DNA of 64,000 nt from Roseibacillus sp. (GTDB lineage Bacteria; Verrucomicrobiota; Verrucomicrobiia; Verrucomicrobiales; Akkermansiaceae), in NCBI GenBank assembly GCA_965242925.1, contig CBDEUM010000022.1:128001-192000 (forward strand), given 5' to 3'. Shown here piece after piece: positions 1 through 9,372 of this stretch. Within the stretch, counting starts at the first letter, position 1; each line of letters begins with the position of its first letter. Position numbers and translations under genes: made by a program. The notes under the pieces are model-generated. The model ran no database searches, was not told where the DNA came from, and was given only the letters and a program-made list of their open reading frames with translations.

Positions 1-241
1 GGTAGAGAGATTCAATGCTCCCGCCCAGGTCCTTCCTCCCCCAGGCCATGAGAGCTTTCTGGGCTGCATGTCTTTCCTTGAACTTCTCGTGTGCGAGAGC
101 CGTAATCAGTTCGGCAGGTAGCTCCGGAAGTTCCTTTCCCCCGGCCCGCCCGGCTTCTTCATCTCCCTGCGCCTGCACCCCCGCGATCTGGCAGAACACC
201 GCGGCCAGATAAAGGGAGAGAACGCCGTACCCGTTCCACAT
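1..241 (-). CDS. 5' part of a secreted hypothetical protein (runs off window edge)
   Basis: Manual translation from ATG at 241: MWNGYGVLSLYLAAVFCQIAGVQAQGDEE...ELITALAHEKFKERHAAQKALMAWG, open to position 1; signal peptide then a HEAT-like helical segment. Not in the ORF track. Confidence 0.6.
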   Translation of the reverse strand, partial: MWNGYGVLSLYLAAVFCQIAGVQAQGDEEAGRAGGKELPELPAELITALAHEKFKERHAAQKALMAWGRKDLGGSIESLY

Positions 242-289
242 GTAGAACTCCTACCCCCCAACAGGTCAAAACGCAACTGCTCGAAACGC

Positions 290-316
290 AAAATGACCGG
301 GGGATTCCCCGGCCAT
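290..316 (-). terminator. Probable intrinsic terminator after the polysaccharide export genes
   Basis: Minus-strand hairpin ATGGCCGGGG-AAT-CCCCCGGTCAT followed by a short T run. Confidence 0.55.
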
Positions 317-353
317 GCACGTGTTCACGGTCTCCGACTCCGGAGAAAGGCCG

Positions 354-914
354 CTAATTTCCAAAAACTGTTTTCTGCGGAATGTCGATGGTGTCGCGGG
401 GATAGATCTTGAGCAACTTGTGCTCTCCCTTGTTCAGATCGTAGATGTAGCGCTTGCCGCCACGATAGAGGCTGATGCGGTTGATCGCTCCGAACTCGGT
501 GGGCCCACCTGCCGACATGACCGCCTGGTAGAGGGTCATTCCACGCCGGAAAGGCTTTGGACCCGGGGCCCGCACCTTGCCACCGACGGTGATGACGTGC
601 ACGGTGAGATTATCACTTGAATCCGCGACGATCTGGATTACAGGGCTGGTGTAGATCTCGGCCTCACGGTAGGCGCCCTCGATTGTCCGGGCCAGGGCCT
701 CGGAGTCCATCCCGGCAACCTTGATAGAGCCGACCTTCCACATGGTAATGTATCCCTTTTCGGAAACAGGATAGCCGCCGTTGATGCGACCCTGCTCACC
801 GGTCGGAACACCCTGGATTGTGATCGAGATGGCTCCGCCGGCTTCAATCTGCGCCTGCAGGGAAGCGGGAATGATGACCATTAGGAAGAGAGCAAAGGAG
901 AGGAGGATTTTCAT
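354..914 (-). CDS. Short polysaccharide export OPX (Wza-like) protein, Poly_export + SLBB domains
   Basis: Signal peptide; 'YPVSEKGYITMWKVGSIKVAG' export motif and 'VGGKVRAPG...MTLYQAVMSAGG' SLBB; directly downstream of wzc. Confidence 0.85.
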   Translation of the reverse strand: MKILLSFALFLMVIIPASLQAQIEAGGAISITIQGVPTGEQGRINGGYPVSEKGYITMWKVGSIKVAGMDSEALARTIEGAYREAEIYTSPVIQIVADSSDNLTVHVITVGGKVRAPGPKPFRRGMTLYQAVMSAGGPTEFGAINRISLYRGGKRYIYDLNKGEHKLLKIYPRDTIDIPQKTVFGN

Positions 915-982
915 GAAATTACCAGGAGTTGGAGGTTCGGGCCAGAGCCATGGGGATGGAAGGATTGCTGTCGGTCACAAAA

Positions 983-3178
983 TTAATAACTGAGTCCGTC
1001 GTCGTCTTTCTCCGGCGTTGAAGGCGTTTCCGTTGGGGAAGCTCCCATGGAGATTGCAACTTTTGGCGGCCTGGAAATCGGATCGATATCTGAAGAGGGC
1101 GCATAGTAGGTGTAGTAGCTGGTATAATACTGGTACTGGCTGTCGCTACGGACATCGACATTATTGAGCACCACACCAATCACATGACCTCCCACGTTCT
1201 CCACCGAGGACTTCACACGCATGAGCATGTTGCGAGGCAGCTTACGGTGCTGCACCACAACAATGGTGAGGTCCACTTCGGAAGCGAGCACGGAGGCGTC
1301 ACTCACCCCGAGAATGGGCGGGGAATCCACCAGGACCAGGTCGAAGCGCTGTTTCACATCCTGGATCAGTTCCGACATGCGTCGGGAGTTCAGGATGCCG
1401 GCGGCGTCCGCAGGGAGGATGCCAGAGGGCAGGAAGTAGAGATTATCGACCGGAGTTTGCAGAATAACATCCTCAAGCATGAGATCGGTGGTCAGGTAAT
1501 TGGTCAGACCCACCGAGTTATTGATATCGAAGAAGGTATGGAGAGTCGGGCGCCGAAGGTCCGAGTCAATCATGAGGGTGGTGTATCCACCCTGAGCACA
1601 GACGTAGGCCAGGTTGACCAGGGTCGTGGACTTTCCTTCGCCCGCACCCCCGGAAACGATGGTGATGGCGTTGTCCTCAGGATTATTTCGGTTGAACTCG
1701 ATATTCGTTCGAAGAATCCGGTAAGCCTCCGCATCCGGACTCATTCCGCTCTGCTTGTGCAGGGTTCCCACATCTTTCGGAATGACCGCCAGCACGGGAA
1801 CCTGCAGGTAACGCTCTACGTCCTCCAAGCTCTTGACCGAAGTATCAAGATATTCGAGGAAAAAGGCGATCGAGATGCCGAAAATCAACCCAACTGCAGC
1901 ACCGAGGGAGAGGAAGAGGGTGACCTTGGGATAGACCGGATCCTTGGCAAGCTTGGGGTCCTCCAGGATAGTGATCGGGTTCTTGGGTATCTTGAGAGCG
2001 ATGCGGCGGGCCGAGTTGGTGAGCTTCATCTGGGAAAGCATGGCTTTCGCCGTTTCGTAGTCCTGCTTGGCCTCGACATAGTCCTGCGACTGCAGGGCCT
2101 TGTCGACGGCATCAAAGCGACGTTCTTCCACCCTCTCCTTTATCTTGGCCAGTTGCCCATTGACGAGGCGCAACTGAGTCTTGAGTAACTCCCTGAGGAC
2201 GACCACGGCGGCCTGGAGATTTTCCTGCATTTTGGACTGAGCAATCAGTGCCATCTCCATCGATGGATGCTTACGTCCCAGCCCGGAAGCCTGCATGGCT
2301 TCCATATTGAGTTTGCTTTCCTGTATCCTGACGCGCAGGACGGGCACCTGGCTCCCCGGCAGCTTGAGCCCCTCGGCAAAATCAATGAGCTCATCATCCC
2401 TCAGGGTAAGTAGCTGCTGAATCTGATTTTCCAGTTCGGCCTTTCTCTCCTCGGCACCGAACTGCTGCATCTCGGCGCTCTTAAGAATATACTCCTCGCT
2501 CTGCCCCATTCGCCCACTGGTGTAAACCCCCTCGATATATGGAATTCCCACCGCCTTCACGATAGAGTGAAAATGCCGACGCTTATCCTCCACCAGGTCT
2601 TCCTGGGAGCGCACTTCCGTTTCCAGAGCATCGAGGGCCTCCCCAGCACGTTTGCGCTCATCCGCGTTGCGTCCGAGCTGGTAGGACTCCGCGATCTCTT
2701 TGGAGATATCGCGGGCATCCTCCCTGTTCTGGTGCCGGATCCGGATCTCAATGTGATCGGTATTACGAATCTGTTCGGTTTTGAGAATCTGCTTCAGCTT
2801 CAGGAGTGCCATGTCGCGGTCGTAACCCCTCCAACGCGTGGTGAGGTCGAGTCTCTCCACCACACGCAGCATGGTCTTCTCGGATTCAATGATCTTGAAC
2901 TGGTTCTGGATATAGGCATGCGAGGGAGAGGCCCCGGTCATGGGATGACCGGCAGCGCCATTGAGCGGGTCCAGTTCGACAAAGGAGTGGTTTACCTGCA
3001 TCAAGGCCGTGCTCTCATACTTCTTTGGCAGTACGTAGGTGATCACCGCCGCCGTCATGAAGATGAGAAGGAAGGTCAGCAGGATGACTCCGTAGCGATT
3101 CTTGAGAACCTGCCAGTAATCGACCGCGTGCAGCGAAGCTTCGCTGGCGGCAGTTTGACGATCGGGATCGTTTTGCAT
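983..3178 (-). CDS. wzc: Wzc-family polysaccharide co-polymerase / tyrosine autokinase
   Basis: Two TM segments flanking a coiled-coil periplasmic region, 'AEAYRILRTNI', Walker A GAGEGKST, 'IDSDLRRP', 'VDSPP', C-terminal Tyr cluster YQYYTSYYTYY. Confidence 0.92.
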   Translation of the reverse strand: MQNDPDRQTAASEASLHAVDYWQVLKNRYGVILLTFLLIFMTAAVITYVLPKKYESTALMQVNHSFVELDPLNGAAGHPMTGASPSHAYIQNQFKIIESEKTMLRVVERLDLTTRWRGYDRDMALLKLKQILKTEQIRNTDHIEIRIRHQNREDARDISKEIAESYQLGRNADERKRAGEALDALETEVRSQEDLVEDKRRHFHSIVKAVGIPYIEGVYTSGRMGQSEEYILKSAEMQQFGAEERKAELENQIQQLLTLRDDELIDFAEGLKLPGSQVPVLRVRIQESKLNMEAMQASGLGRKHPSMEMALIAQSKMQENLQAAVVVLRELLKTQLRLVNGQLAKIKERVEERRFDAVDKALQSQDYVEAKQDYETAKAMLSQMKLTNSARRIALKIPKNPITILEDPKLAKDPVYPKVTLFLSLGAAVGLIFGISIAFFLEYLDTSVKSLEDVERYLQVPVLAVIPKDVGTLHKQSGMSPDAEAYRILRTNIEFNRNNPEDNAITIVSGGAGEGKSTTLVNLAYVCAQGGYTTLMIDSDLRRPTLHTFFDINNSVGLTNYLTTDLMLEDVILQTPVDNLYFLPSGILPADAAGILNSRRMSELIQDVKQRFDLVLVDSPPILGVSDASVLASEVDLTIVVVQHRKLPRNMLMRVKSSVENVGGHVIGVVLNNVDVRSDSQYQYYTSYYTYYAPSSDIDPISRPPKVAISMGASPTETPSTPEKDDDGLSY

Positions 3179-3250
3179 AACCTGATATTTTAGGGGGTGA
3201 GGGGGATTTGCCTATAAGGCGAACGGGCAGGGCGAAGAGCCAAGAGGCAG

Positions 3251-3284
3251 AAAACCCCCGCAATGGAAGCAGACATTGCGGGGG
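3251..3284 (-). terminator. Hairpin / probable terminator between beta-barrel gene and wzc
   Basis: Perfect 11-bp stem CCCCCGCAATG / CATTGCGGGGG with 8-nt loop, followed by TTTT on the minus strand. Confidence 0.65.
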
Positions 3285-3317
3285 CGGATCTGTTCGGATT
3301 TTTCGACAGGAAAATCC

Positions 3318-4589
3318 TTAGAAAGACGACTGAAGGCCAAATTGGACGCGACTCCGGTCATAATCACGGATATCAGCGTCTGCAGAGGACTTGGTGAAAT
3401 TGTAAGAACCAGTCACAAAGATATTGTCTGCAACCTCATAGCTGGCACCTGCATTGAAGTTTACGATTTTCTCATCCAGGCTACCGGGAGCCTCCGGATC
3501 AGGGCCAATCTGACCCTCATAGTTAAACATCATGACGTTTACGCCGCCAAAGAAGGTCAGTTTGGGGGATACCACGTAAGACCCCTGCAAGCCGAGACGG
3601 AAGGTCTGGCGTTCTTCATAGCGAGCAAGCACCGGCCGTTCCCAGCAGTCGTGGGTCCAGATAAGGCGATTGCGGTCCTCCAGTCCGTAACGGACAAAGG
3701 CCCGGACCTGCGCGGATTCGCTGAGAGCCGCACGCAAGGTCGCCTCCACGTAGGGAGCCGAATTGCTGGCACCGTCGTCGATCTCCTGGATCTGGGCGCC
3801 GGCCCGCAACACCACTACCGTGGTCGGGCTTACCTGATGCTCCGCACCAACAAGAAAATAGTGGGAGTCGGAATCCCTGTTAGAATCGTTGCTCTGAGTC
3901 TGGTGACGGTAGGCCGCAGTCCATACCGTGCTGGGGCTGGTACGATAACGGAACTGGTTGTAGAAGAGGTGACGCTCGTAGTCGTTGCGGTCAATCTCAT
4001 CGAAGGCCACGCCACTGAAACGGTAGCCGGTGCTTGTTCCGAGACGCTCGGTCCACCGGTAGCCCACACTGTTGTCGGAGCTATAGCGGAGGTAACTGCC
4101 CTGGCGACGATCAGTAGCGATCCCGAAATCGTAATCCGGTTCCTGCTCATATGTCACATGGTTACGACTGCGCAATCGCAGGGCCTCATTCACCCGATGC
4201 ACGATGTTGATCCCCCCCCGGACCTGCGGAAAGAAGTCCTCCCGCACACCAACACCAGGAAACGCTCCACCGCTCTGTGTAATCTCGTCAAGATAGTAGG
4301 TCGCGCCAGCCCGCCCCCATAGATCGATGGTGGTCTGGGGCGTCTTGCTGACGAAATTCGCCTGCACGAAGGCCGAAAGGTAAACCACATCATCGGAATC
4401 AACACCTGAACACTCAGAGAACTGAGGCGAGGCATTTGAATCCCAACCGAGGCTTGCACCAGCAGTCCAATTCAAGGGAAGCGAATCAGCCGGCTCATCA
4501 TCAAATGGCATGATGTTGTATAAACCCTGGGCGGAAAGAAGGCCGCTCGCGGCCAGGCCAAAGGCGGAGACAATAAACGTTTTGTTCAT
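3318..4589 (-). CDS. Outer-membrane beta-barrel protein associated with polysaccharide export
   Basis: Signal peptide, alternating amphipathic Tyr/Arg-rich beta-strands, C-terminal Phe (FGLQSSF), context upstream of wzc and OPX. Confidence 0.8.
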   Translation of the reverse strand: MNKTFIVSAFGLAASGLLSAQGLYNIMPFDDEPADSLPLNWTAGASLGWDSNASPQFSECSGVDSDDVVYLSAFVQANFVSKTPQTTIDLWGRAGATYYLDEITQSGGAFPGVGVREDFFPQVRGGINIVHRVNEALRLRSRNHVTYEQEPDYDFGIATDRRQGSYLRYSSDNSVGYRWTERLGTSTGYRFSGVAFDEIDRNDYERHLFYNQFRYRTSPSTVWTAAYRHQTQSNDSNRDSDSHYFLVGAEHQVSPTTVVVLRAGAQIQEIDDGASNSAPYVEATLRAALSESAQVRAFVRYGLEDRNRLIWTHDCWERPVLARYEERQTFRLGLQGSYVVSPKLTFFGGVNVMMFNYEGQIGPDPEAPGSLDEKIVNFNAGASYEVADNIFVTGSYNFTKSSADADIRDYDRSRVQFGLQSSF

Positions 4590-4688
4590 GATAGATAAGG
4601 TAGAGAAGCGTTGCGTAGGGGATCCGAGTTGCCGCTTTGATCCAGAGTGGAATCCGGCACGTTGAAATTTGTTCGTCTTCCTGGGAGA

Positions 4689-5252
4689 TTACTCTGCGGC
4701 GCCAGCAACAGTAATGATACTCAGAGGGCTGGGAGTGCTGATAGCCGGCACGAGGGGCGGGTGAATGGGCGGCAGGCCTGGGATAAGGTAGGGGCCATCC
4801 AGCGGGTTCTTCACGCTGCTAGCGATAGCATCCTTGGAGTCCTTGGCATCACCGACGGGATCATTCCCCTTCTTGGCCAGGGCTTTTGGATCGAGCTTGG
4901 CGAGAATCGCCTTGATTTCCTCCAGGGCATCAGGAGCCACCGCAATGGCACAGGAAGTGATGATGCTCATCTTGTCGGGGGCTGCTTCAATCGCCGTGGC
5001 AACGATCTGACCCACGAGCTTCCGGTCAGCTTCGGTGGCCACGATGGCCGCCTTGACCACCTCACAGGAACAGCTGGGGTTGGCAGCCGTTTGCCGTTGA
5101 ACAATTTCAAGAACGTGGTCGGGCTTGGCACCGACCAGTTTCTTCACCGTGTCCGATAACTTGGTGCAGTCCGTTTCCTCGGCCATGATGGTTGGGGAAA
5201 GACCCACCGCAGCCGCGATGATCGCGCAGTAGAAAGTTGATTTTATCGTCAT
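4689..5252 (-). CDS. Secreted Ala-rich helical-repeat protein with Pro-rich tail
   Basis: Signal peptide; repeats EVVKAAIVA / QIVATAIEAAPD / IITSCAIAVAPD; four Cys in mature part. Confidence 0.75.
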   Translation of the reverse strand: MTIKSTFYCAIIAAAVGLSPTIMAEETDCTKLSDTVKKLVGAKPDHVLEIVQRQTAANPSCSCEVVKAAIVATEADRKLVGQIVATAIEAAPDKMSIITSCAIAVAPDALEEIKAILAKLDPKALAKKGNDPVGDAKDSKDAIASSVKNPLDGPYLIPGLPPIHPPLVPAISTPSPLSIITVAGAAE

Positions 5253-5296
5253 GCTTCTGTGTAAGTGATACTTTGTCGTATGGTGCTGCTGTCGAA

Positions 5297-5370
5297 TGGA
5301 GCGGGTAAAGGGAATCGAACCCTTATGGCCAGCTTGGAAGGCTGAGGCTTTACCATTAAGCTATACCCGC
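5297..5370 (-). tRNA. tRNA-Gly (TCC)
   Basis: Reverse complement GCGGGTATAGCTTAATGGTAAAGCCTCAGCCTTCCAAGCTGG...GGTTCGATTCCCTTTACCCGCTCCA; cloverleaf, loop CT-TCC-AA, encoded CCA. Confidence 0.95.
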
Positions 5371-5536
5371 TGTCATGGGAAAAAGTTAGCCATCAGGGTT
5401 TGGAGCGCCAAGGTTTTTTTCGTATAATGAGAAGTTAATCGAGAATGATCAGAAATACCGTAAAATATAGGATCCCAGCACTTTTTCGCTTTAAATTGTG
5501 ATCGGATGGGGCTACCTCGTGCATCTTGATCCTGAC

Positions 5537-5610
5537 GCGGGTGTAGTTCAGTGGTAGAATGCGAGCTTCCCAAGCTTGAGGCGAGGGTTCGATTCCCTTC
5601 ACCCGCACCA
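5537..5610 (+). tRNA. tRNA-Gly (CCC)
   Basis: GCGGGTGTAGTTCAGTGGTAGAATGCGAGCTTCCCAAGCTTG...GGTTCGATTCCCTTCACCCGCACCA; loop TT-CCC-AA, encoded CCA. Confidence 0.95.
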
Positions 5611-5734
5611 GGAAAACCCTTGATCCGGGACGGTTTCGACCTTTTTACGGCGATTGCGACATTAATCCCGGGCCTGCCACGATTTCTCGCTTTCGCCCCA
5701 ATGTCCCCGGGCAATGGCAATCCTGACTATCAAC

Positions 5735-6337
5735 TCAACGGTTCCACTCCGCTTCCGGGCGGACACTGAGGCAGGCCGACTCCGCACGCACAAATCGCCA
5801 TTTGCGGTTCACCGCGCTCGAAATCCCCACCCGCCGGCAGGCAATGGGCTCTGTCTGGTGGCGGACCGCCTCACGGCACAGTGAAAACCGTCGGGACTGA
5901 AGAACGGCGACCCCGTGCAGGGCTCCGTCAATGCCCAGAGCCTTTGTGAGCTTGCCTGGACCCGAGCATAGATCGGCTTCCGCCTCGCGGTGGCGACGAC
6001 GTTTCATCCGCGGCAAACCACTCACTGGTTCCAGGGCACGAAAGAGTACGAAGCCATCGCGCTCACCTCCCTTCACGAGCAGGTTGAAGAGCCAGTGCAC
6101 TCCGTAATTCAGATAGACATAGGCGGTCCCCGCCTCGTGCTCCTCGATGAATTGGCGGGCGCTGGGACGGACATGGGTATGGCATGCCGCATCACCCGCC
6201 GCCTCGTATGCCTCTGTTTCCACAATTACTCCGGCGCAACCCTGCCACTCGAGCCGACATCCGATTAACTCGCGGGCACACTCGAGTGGGCTTCGTTCGA
6301 AGAACCCGTGATCTAGCAGTGTCGCACTTTCCTTCAT
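5735..6337 (-). CDS. mpg: DNA-3-methyladenine glycosylase (MPG/AAG family)
   Basis: 'IVETEAY', 'AYVYLNYGVHWLFN', 'RALEP', 'GPGKLTKALGI', 'RVGIS' motifs; start placed at MKES (6337). Confidence 0.9.
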   Translation of the reverse strand: MKESATLLDHGFFERSPLECARELIGCRLEWQGCAGVIVETEAYEAAGDAACHTHVRPSARQFIEEHEAGTAYVYLNYGVHWLFNLLVKGGERDGFVLFRALEPVSGLPRMKRRRHREAEADLCSGPGKLTKALGIDGALHGVAVLQSRRFSLCREAVRHQTEPIACRRVGISSAVNRKWRFVRAESACLSVRPEAEWNR

Positions 6338-6374
6338 CGGCGCCTTCGCTGAGTGTTCCCGGCTACGACCCCTT

Positions 6375-7131
6375 CTACATTCCCGTCGGATGATCGATGA
6401 ACTGCCCGTCGAGGCTGTATTTTTCCACCAGTAAATCCACCAATGCACGCACGCCGGAGGTTTCCGTCAGGTAGTGCCCTCCGTAGAGGACATTGAGTCC
6501 CAGTTCCTCGGCTTCGGTATAACTCCAGTGCGGGCCCTCTCCTGTAAGGAAGGTATCTATTCCGGCCTCCCGGACGGCTGTCCAGGAACTCGCCACCACC
6601 TCCGGATATCACTCCCACCGTTCCGGCTGCATCCGAACCCGCGGCGCAGACATGGGGCGGGCTGCCCAGCACCTCGGTAACGCGCTCCGTAAGCTGGTCG
6701 AGCGATCCCGGGAAAATCCCACGGATACCCAGACGCGTCCCCTTCCATTCGAAGAACGGTTCAGTATCCTGCAACTCAAGCGCGGCGGAGAGGCGTGCGT
6801 TATTGCCCAGGACGGGATGGACATCGAGCGGAATGTGCGCACTGTAAATTGCCAGGCCTGCCTCCATCGCGGTCTTGAACTTCTCATAGGTCGCGCCAGT
6901 GACCGGGCGGGCTCCCTTCCAGAACATGCCGTGGTGCACCACCAGGAGGTCCATCCCCGCTTCAACCGCCTTCTTCACCACCGGGAGAGAAGCATCGACG
7001 GCCGCTGCCACCCGCCGCACCTCCTGCTCCCCCTGCATCTGCAATCCATTCACCGCTCCCGGGTAATCGGGCACCTCCCCGAGTCGTAATTCCTCATCGA
7101 GAAAAGCGACAATCTCATCCAGACACGCCAT
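6375..7131 (-). pseudogene. Nif3/YbgI-like dinuclear metal protein, apparent +1 frameshift near 6580
   Basis: 'NGLQ', 'LVVHHG', 'YSAHIPLDVHP..GNN' in one frame; 'FLTGE...GGHYLTE...FIDHPTGM' in the next frame. May be a sequence error. Confidence 0.85.
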
Positions 7132-7157
7132 GCCCGACTCTCCCCGTTCTTCCAGAG

Positions 7158-7931
7158 CTAGCAATCATCGATATCACAAAAATCCCGCAGTTCCGGAGGA
7201 AGGGGAGACTCCCACCGCATCCTCCCTTCTTCCCAAGGCACATCCAGTGTGCTCGCATGCAGGGCCTGCCGGGGCAGGTGCAGGATTTCCTCCAGGGCCG
7301 GACTCCATCCCCTCTCGATGAACTCAAGGTAGCACTCCTCGGACGGCCCGTAAATCTTGTCCCCTGACAGGGAGTGTCCAAGATGCGCGAGATGGACGCG
7401 GATCTGGTGAGTCCGTCCGGTCTCCGGCATCGCCTGCACCACTGCAAGGCGACCGGCCTTATTCTCGAAACGGCGCACTACTTCAAAGTGCGTGACCGAG
7501 GGCCGGCCCTCTGGATGAACCATCTGTTTGATCCAGATCCGCGACTCACGCACTTCGCCCTGCCGCAGAATCGGCTCCTCCACCTTCATGTTCTCCCACT
7601 CGGGCCATCCGTCCACCACCGCGAGATACTCCTTGCCGATCTCGCGACGCTGCATCGCCTTCCCGAATTGCCGGGCTGCCGCCCGCGTGCGCGACATCAG
7701 GACCAGGCCGCTCGTCTCACGATCGAGACGGTTCAGAATGCTCAGCGTTCCTCCCTCTTCTCCCTGTTCGGCCAGCCAGGCATTGACTTCTCCCAGCAAA
7801 GTGGGTTCCGGCTTCTCGTTGGTGGGATGCACGATGAGGGGCGCGGGTTTCTCAACCACCAGCCAGTGTTCCGCCAACTCCACGATGTGGATGTCGGTAC
7901 ACACTGCGATCGTTTCCTTCTTCAAACTCAT
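7158..7931 (-). CDS. RluA-family pseudouridine synthase
   Basis: 'VVEKPA..VHP', catalytic 'NRLDRETSGL', 'TGRTHQIRVHL', 'GDKIYG', 'QALHA'; start uncertain (7931 or 7967). Confidence 0.9.
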   Translation of the reverse strand: MSLKKETIAVCTDIHIVELAEHWLVVEKPAPLIVHPTNEKPEPTLLGEVNAWLAEQGEEGGTLSILNRLDRETSGLVLMSRTRAAARQFGKAMQRREIGKEYLAVVDGWPEWENMKVEEPILRQGEVRESRIWIKQMVHPEGRPSVTHFEVVRRFENKAGRLAVVQAMPETGRTHQIRVHLAHLGHSLSGDKIYGPSEECYLEFIERGWSPALEEILHLPRQALHASTLDVPWEEGRMRWESPLPPELRDFCDIDDC

Positions 7932-8031
7932 CTCCGACACTTTCCTGTCCGCGTCTCCATACCCCAATATCCGCGGAACCCAATGCCCAATAACACCTTG
8001 CCAGCCCCACCGCGTCTCCTACTCTTCCGCC

Positions 8032-9372
8032 ATGCCCCAAACCTCAATTGTGGCCTCCTCCAATTCGGACAGGGAATACACCCTTGCAGGACCGGCCACG
8101 CTGGAAGGGACTTCCCTGCACACCGGCCAGAAGGTCACCCTCACCATCAAACCCGCCCCTGAAGGCCACGGCTTCAAGTTTCGCCGTATCGATCTACCGG
8201 ACAAACCCTTCATCGATGCCGATGTGGGCCGGGTGGAAAAGGTCGAACGGGCCACTACCCTCGCTTCGGGATCCGTCCGGGTCCACACCGTGGAGCACGT
8301 CCTCTCCGCCCTCACCGGAATGAACGTGGACAATGCCCTCATCGAGATGGACGCCAACGAACCGCCCATCGGCGATGGTTCGGCCCGGCCCTTCGTAGAC
8401 CTTATCAGGAAAGCCGGGGTGGAGGAGCAGGATTCCCGGCGGAAGACCTGGGAGATCCGCGAACCGATCCACTTCGACGATAAGGACGGATCTCATATCA
8501 CAATTGTCCCCTACCGCGGGTTTCGCGTCTCGGTCACCAATCTGAGCCACCTCGGCAAGTTCACCCAGCACTTCTCCAGCGAGGTCACTCCCGAACTCTA
8601 CGAATGCGAGATCGCTCCCGCCCGTACCTTCACCTTCTACGAGGATATCAAGCCCCTCCTCGATCAGGGCCTCATCAAGGGAGGCTCCCTTGAGAATGCA
8701 GTAGTGATTCGGGATGAGGAAATCCTGTCCAAGGAGCCCATGCGCTTCGAGAACGAGTTCGCTCGCCACAAGGCCCTCGATCTCATCGGCGACCTCGCCC
8801 TCTCCGGCAAGCGTATCACCGGTCATGTCATCGCGGTTGCTCCAGGGCACGGACCCAACACTCAAATGGCAGGAATGCTCAAGAAGGAATACCAGCGCAT
8901 GCGCTCCATGGTGCCTCCCTTCAAGCTCCCGGAGAACGAAGCGGTCCTGGATATCAAGGATATCTTCCGCATCCTCCCCCACCGGGCTCCCTTCCTTCTC
9001 ATCGACCGCGTGATTGACTTCTCCAGCGAGCTCAAGTGCACCGCTGTCAAGAACGTCACCTACAACGAACCTTTCTTCGAGGGGCACTTCCCCGACCACC
9101 CTGTCATGCCCGGGGTGCTGCAACTCGAAGCCATGGCCCAGGCGGCTTCCGTCCTCGTCCTGCGGCTTCCGGACAACGAGGGCAAGATCGGTTACTTCAT
9201 GTCCGCCGACCACGTCAAGTTCCGCCGGCCCGTGTTGCCCGGAGACACCCTCTTCATCGAGGCAGAGATCGTGAAAATGAAACGCAGCGTTGGAGTGGCC
9301 GTCTGCCAGTGTCTTGTCAATGGCGAGGTGGTGTCTAGTGCCGAACTGAAGTTCGCGGTGGTCGATGCCTGA
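8032..9372 (+). CDS. lpxC/fabZ: Bifunctional UDP-3-O-acyl-GlcNAc deacetylase / 3-hydroxyacyl-ACP dehydratase
   Basis: LpxC motifs 'TVEHVLSAL', 'EPPIGDGSA', 'HKALDLIGDL'; FabZ motifs 'LPHRAPFLLIDR', 'GHFPDHPVMPGV' in one frame. Confidence 0.95.
   Translation: MPQTSIVASSNSDREYTLAGPATLEGTSLHTGQKVTLTIKPAPEGHGFKFRRIDLPDKPFIDADVGRVEKVERATTLASGSVRVHTVEHVLSALTGMNVDNALIEMDANEPPIGDGSARPFVDLIRKAGVEEQDSRRKTWEIREPIHFDDKDGSHITIVPYRGFRVSVTNLSHLGKFTQHFSSEVTPELYECEIAPARTFTFYEDIKPLLDQGLIKGGSLENAVVIRDEEILSKEPMRFENEFARHKALDLIGDLALSGKRITGHVIAVAPGHGPNTQMAGMLKKEYQRMRSMVPPFKLPENEAVLDIKDIFRILPHRAPFLLIDRVIDFSSELKCTAVKNVTYNEPFFEGHFPDHPVMPGVLQLEAMAQAASVLVLRLPDNEGKIGYFMSADHVKFRRPVLPGDTLFIEAEIVKMKRSVGVAVCQCLVNGEVVSSAELKFAVVDA

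Noticed and set aside
5537..5610. tRNA-Gly(CCC) as a +1 frameshift suppressor explaining the GGGG shift
   Set aside because: Anticodon loop is a normal 7 nt (TTCCCAA)
8032..9372. LpxC-FabZ fusion as a novelty
   Set aside because: Well-known fusion in several phyla
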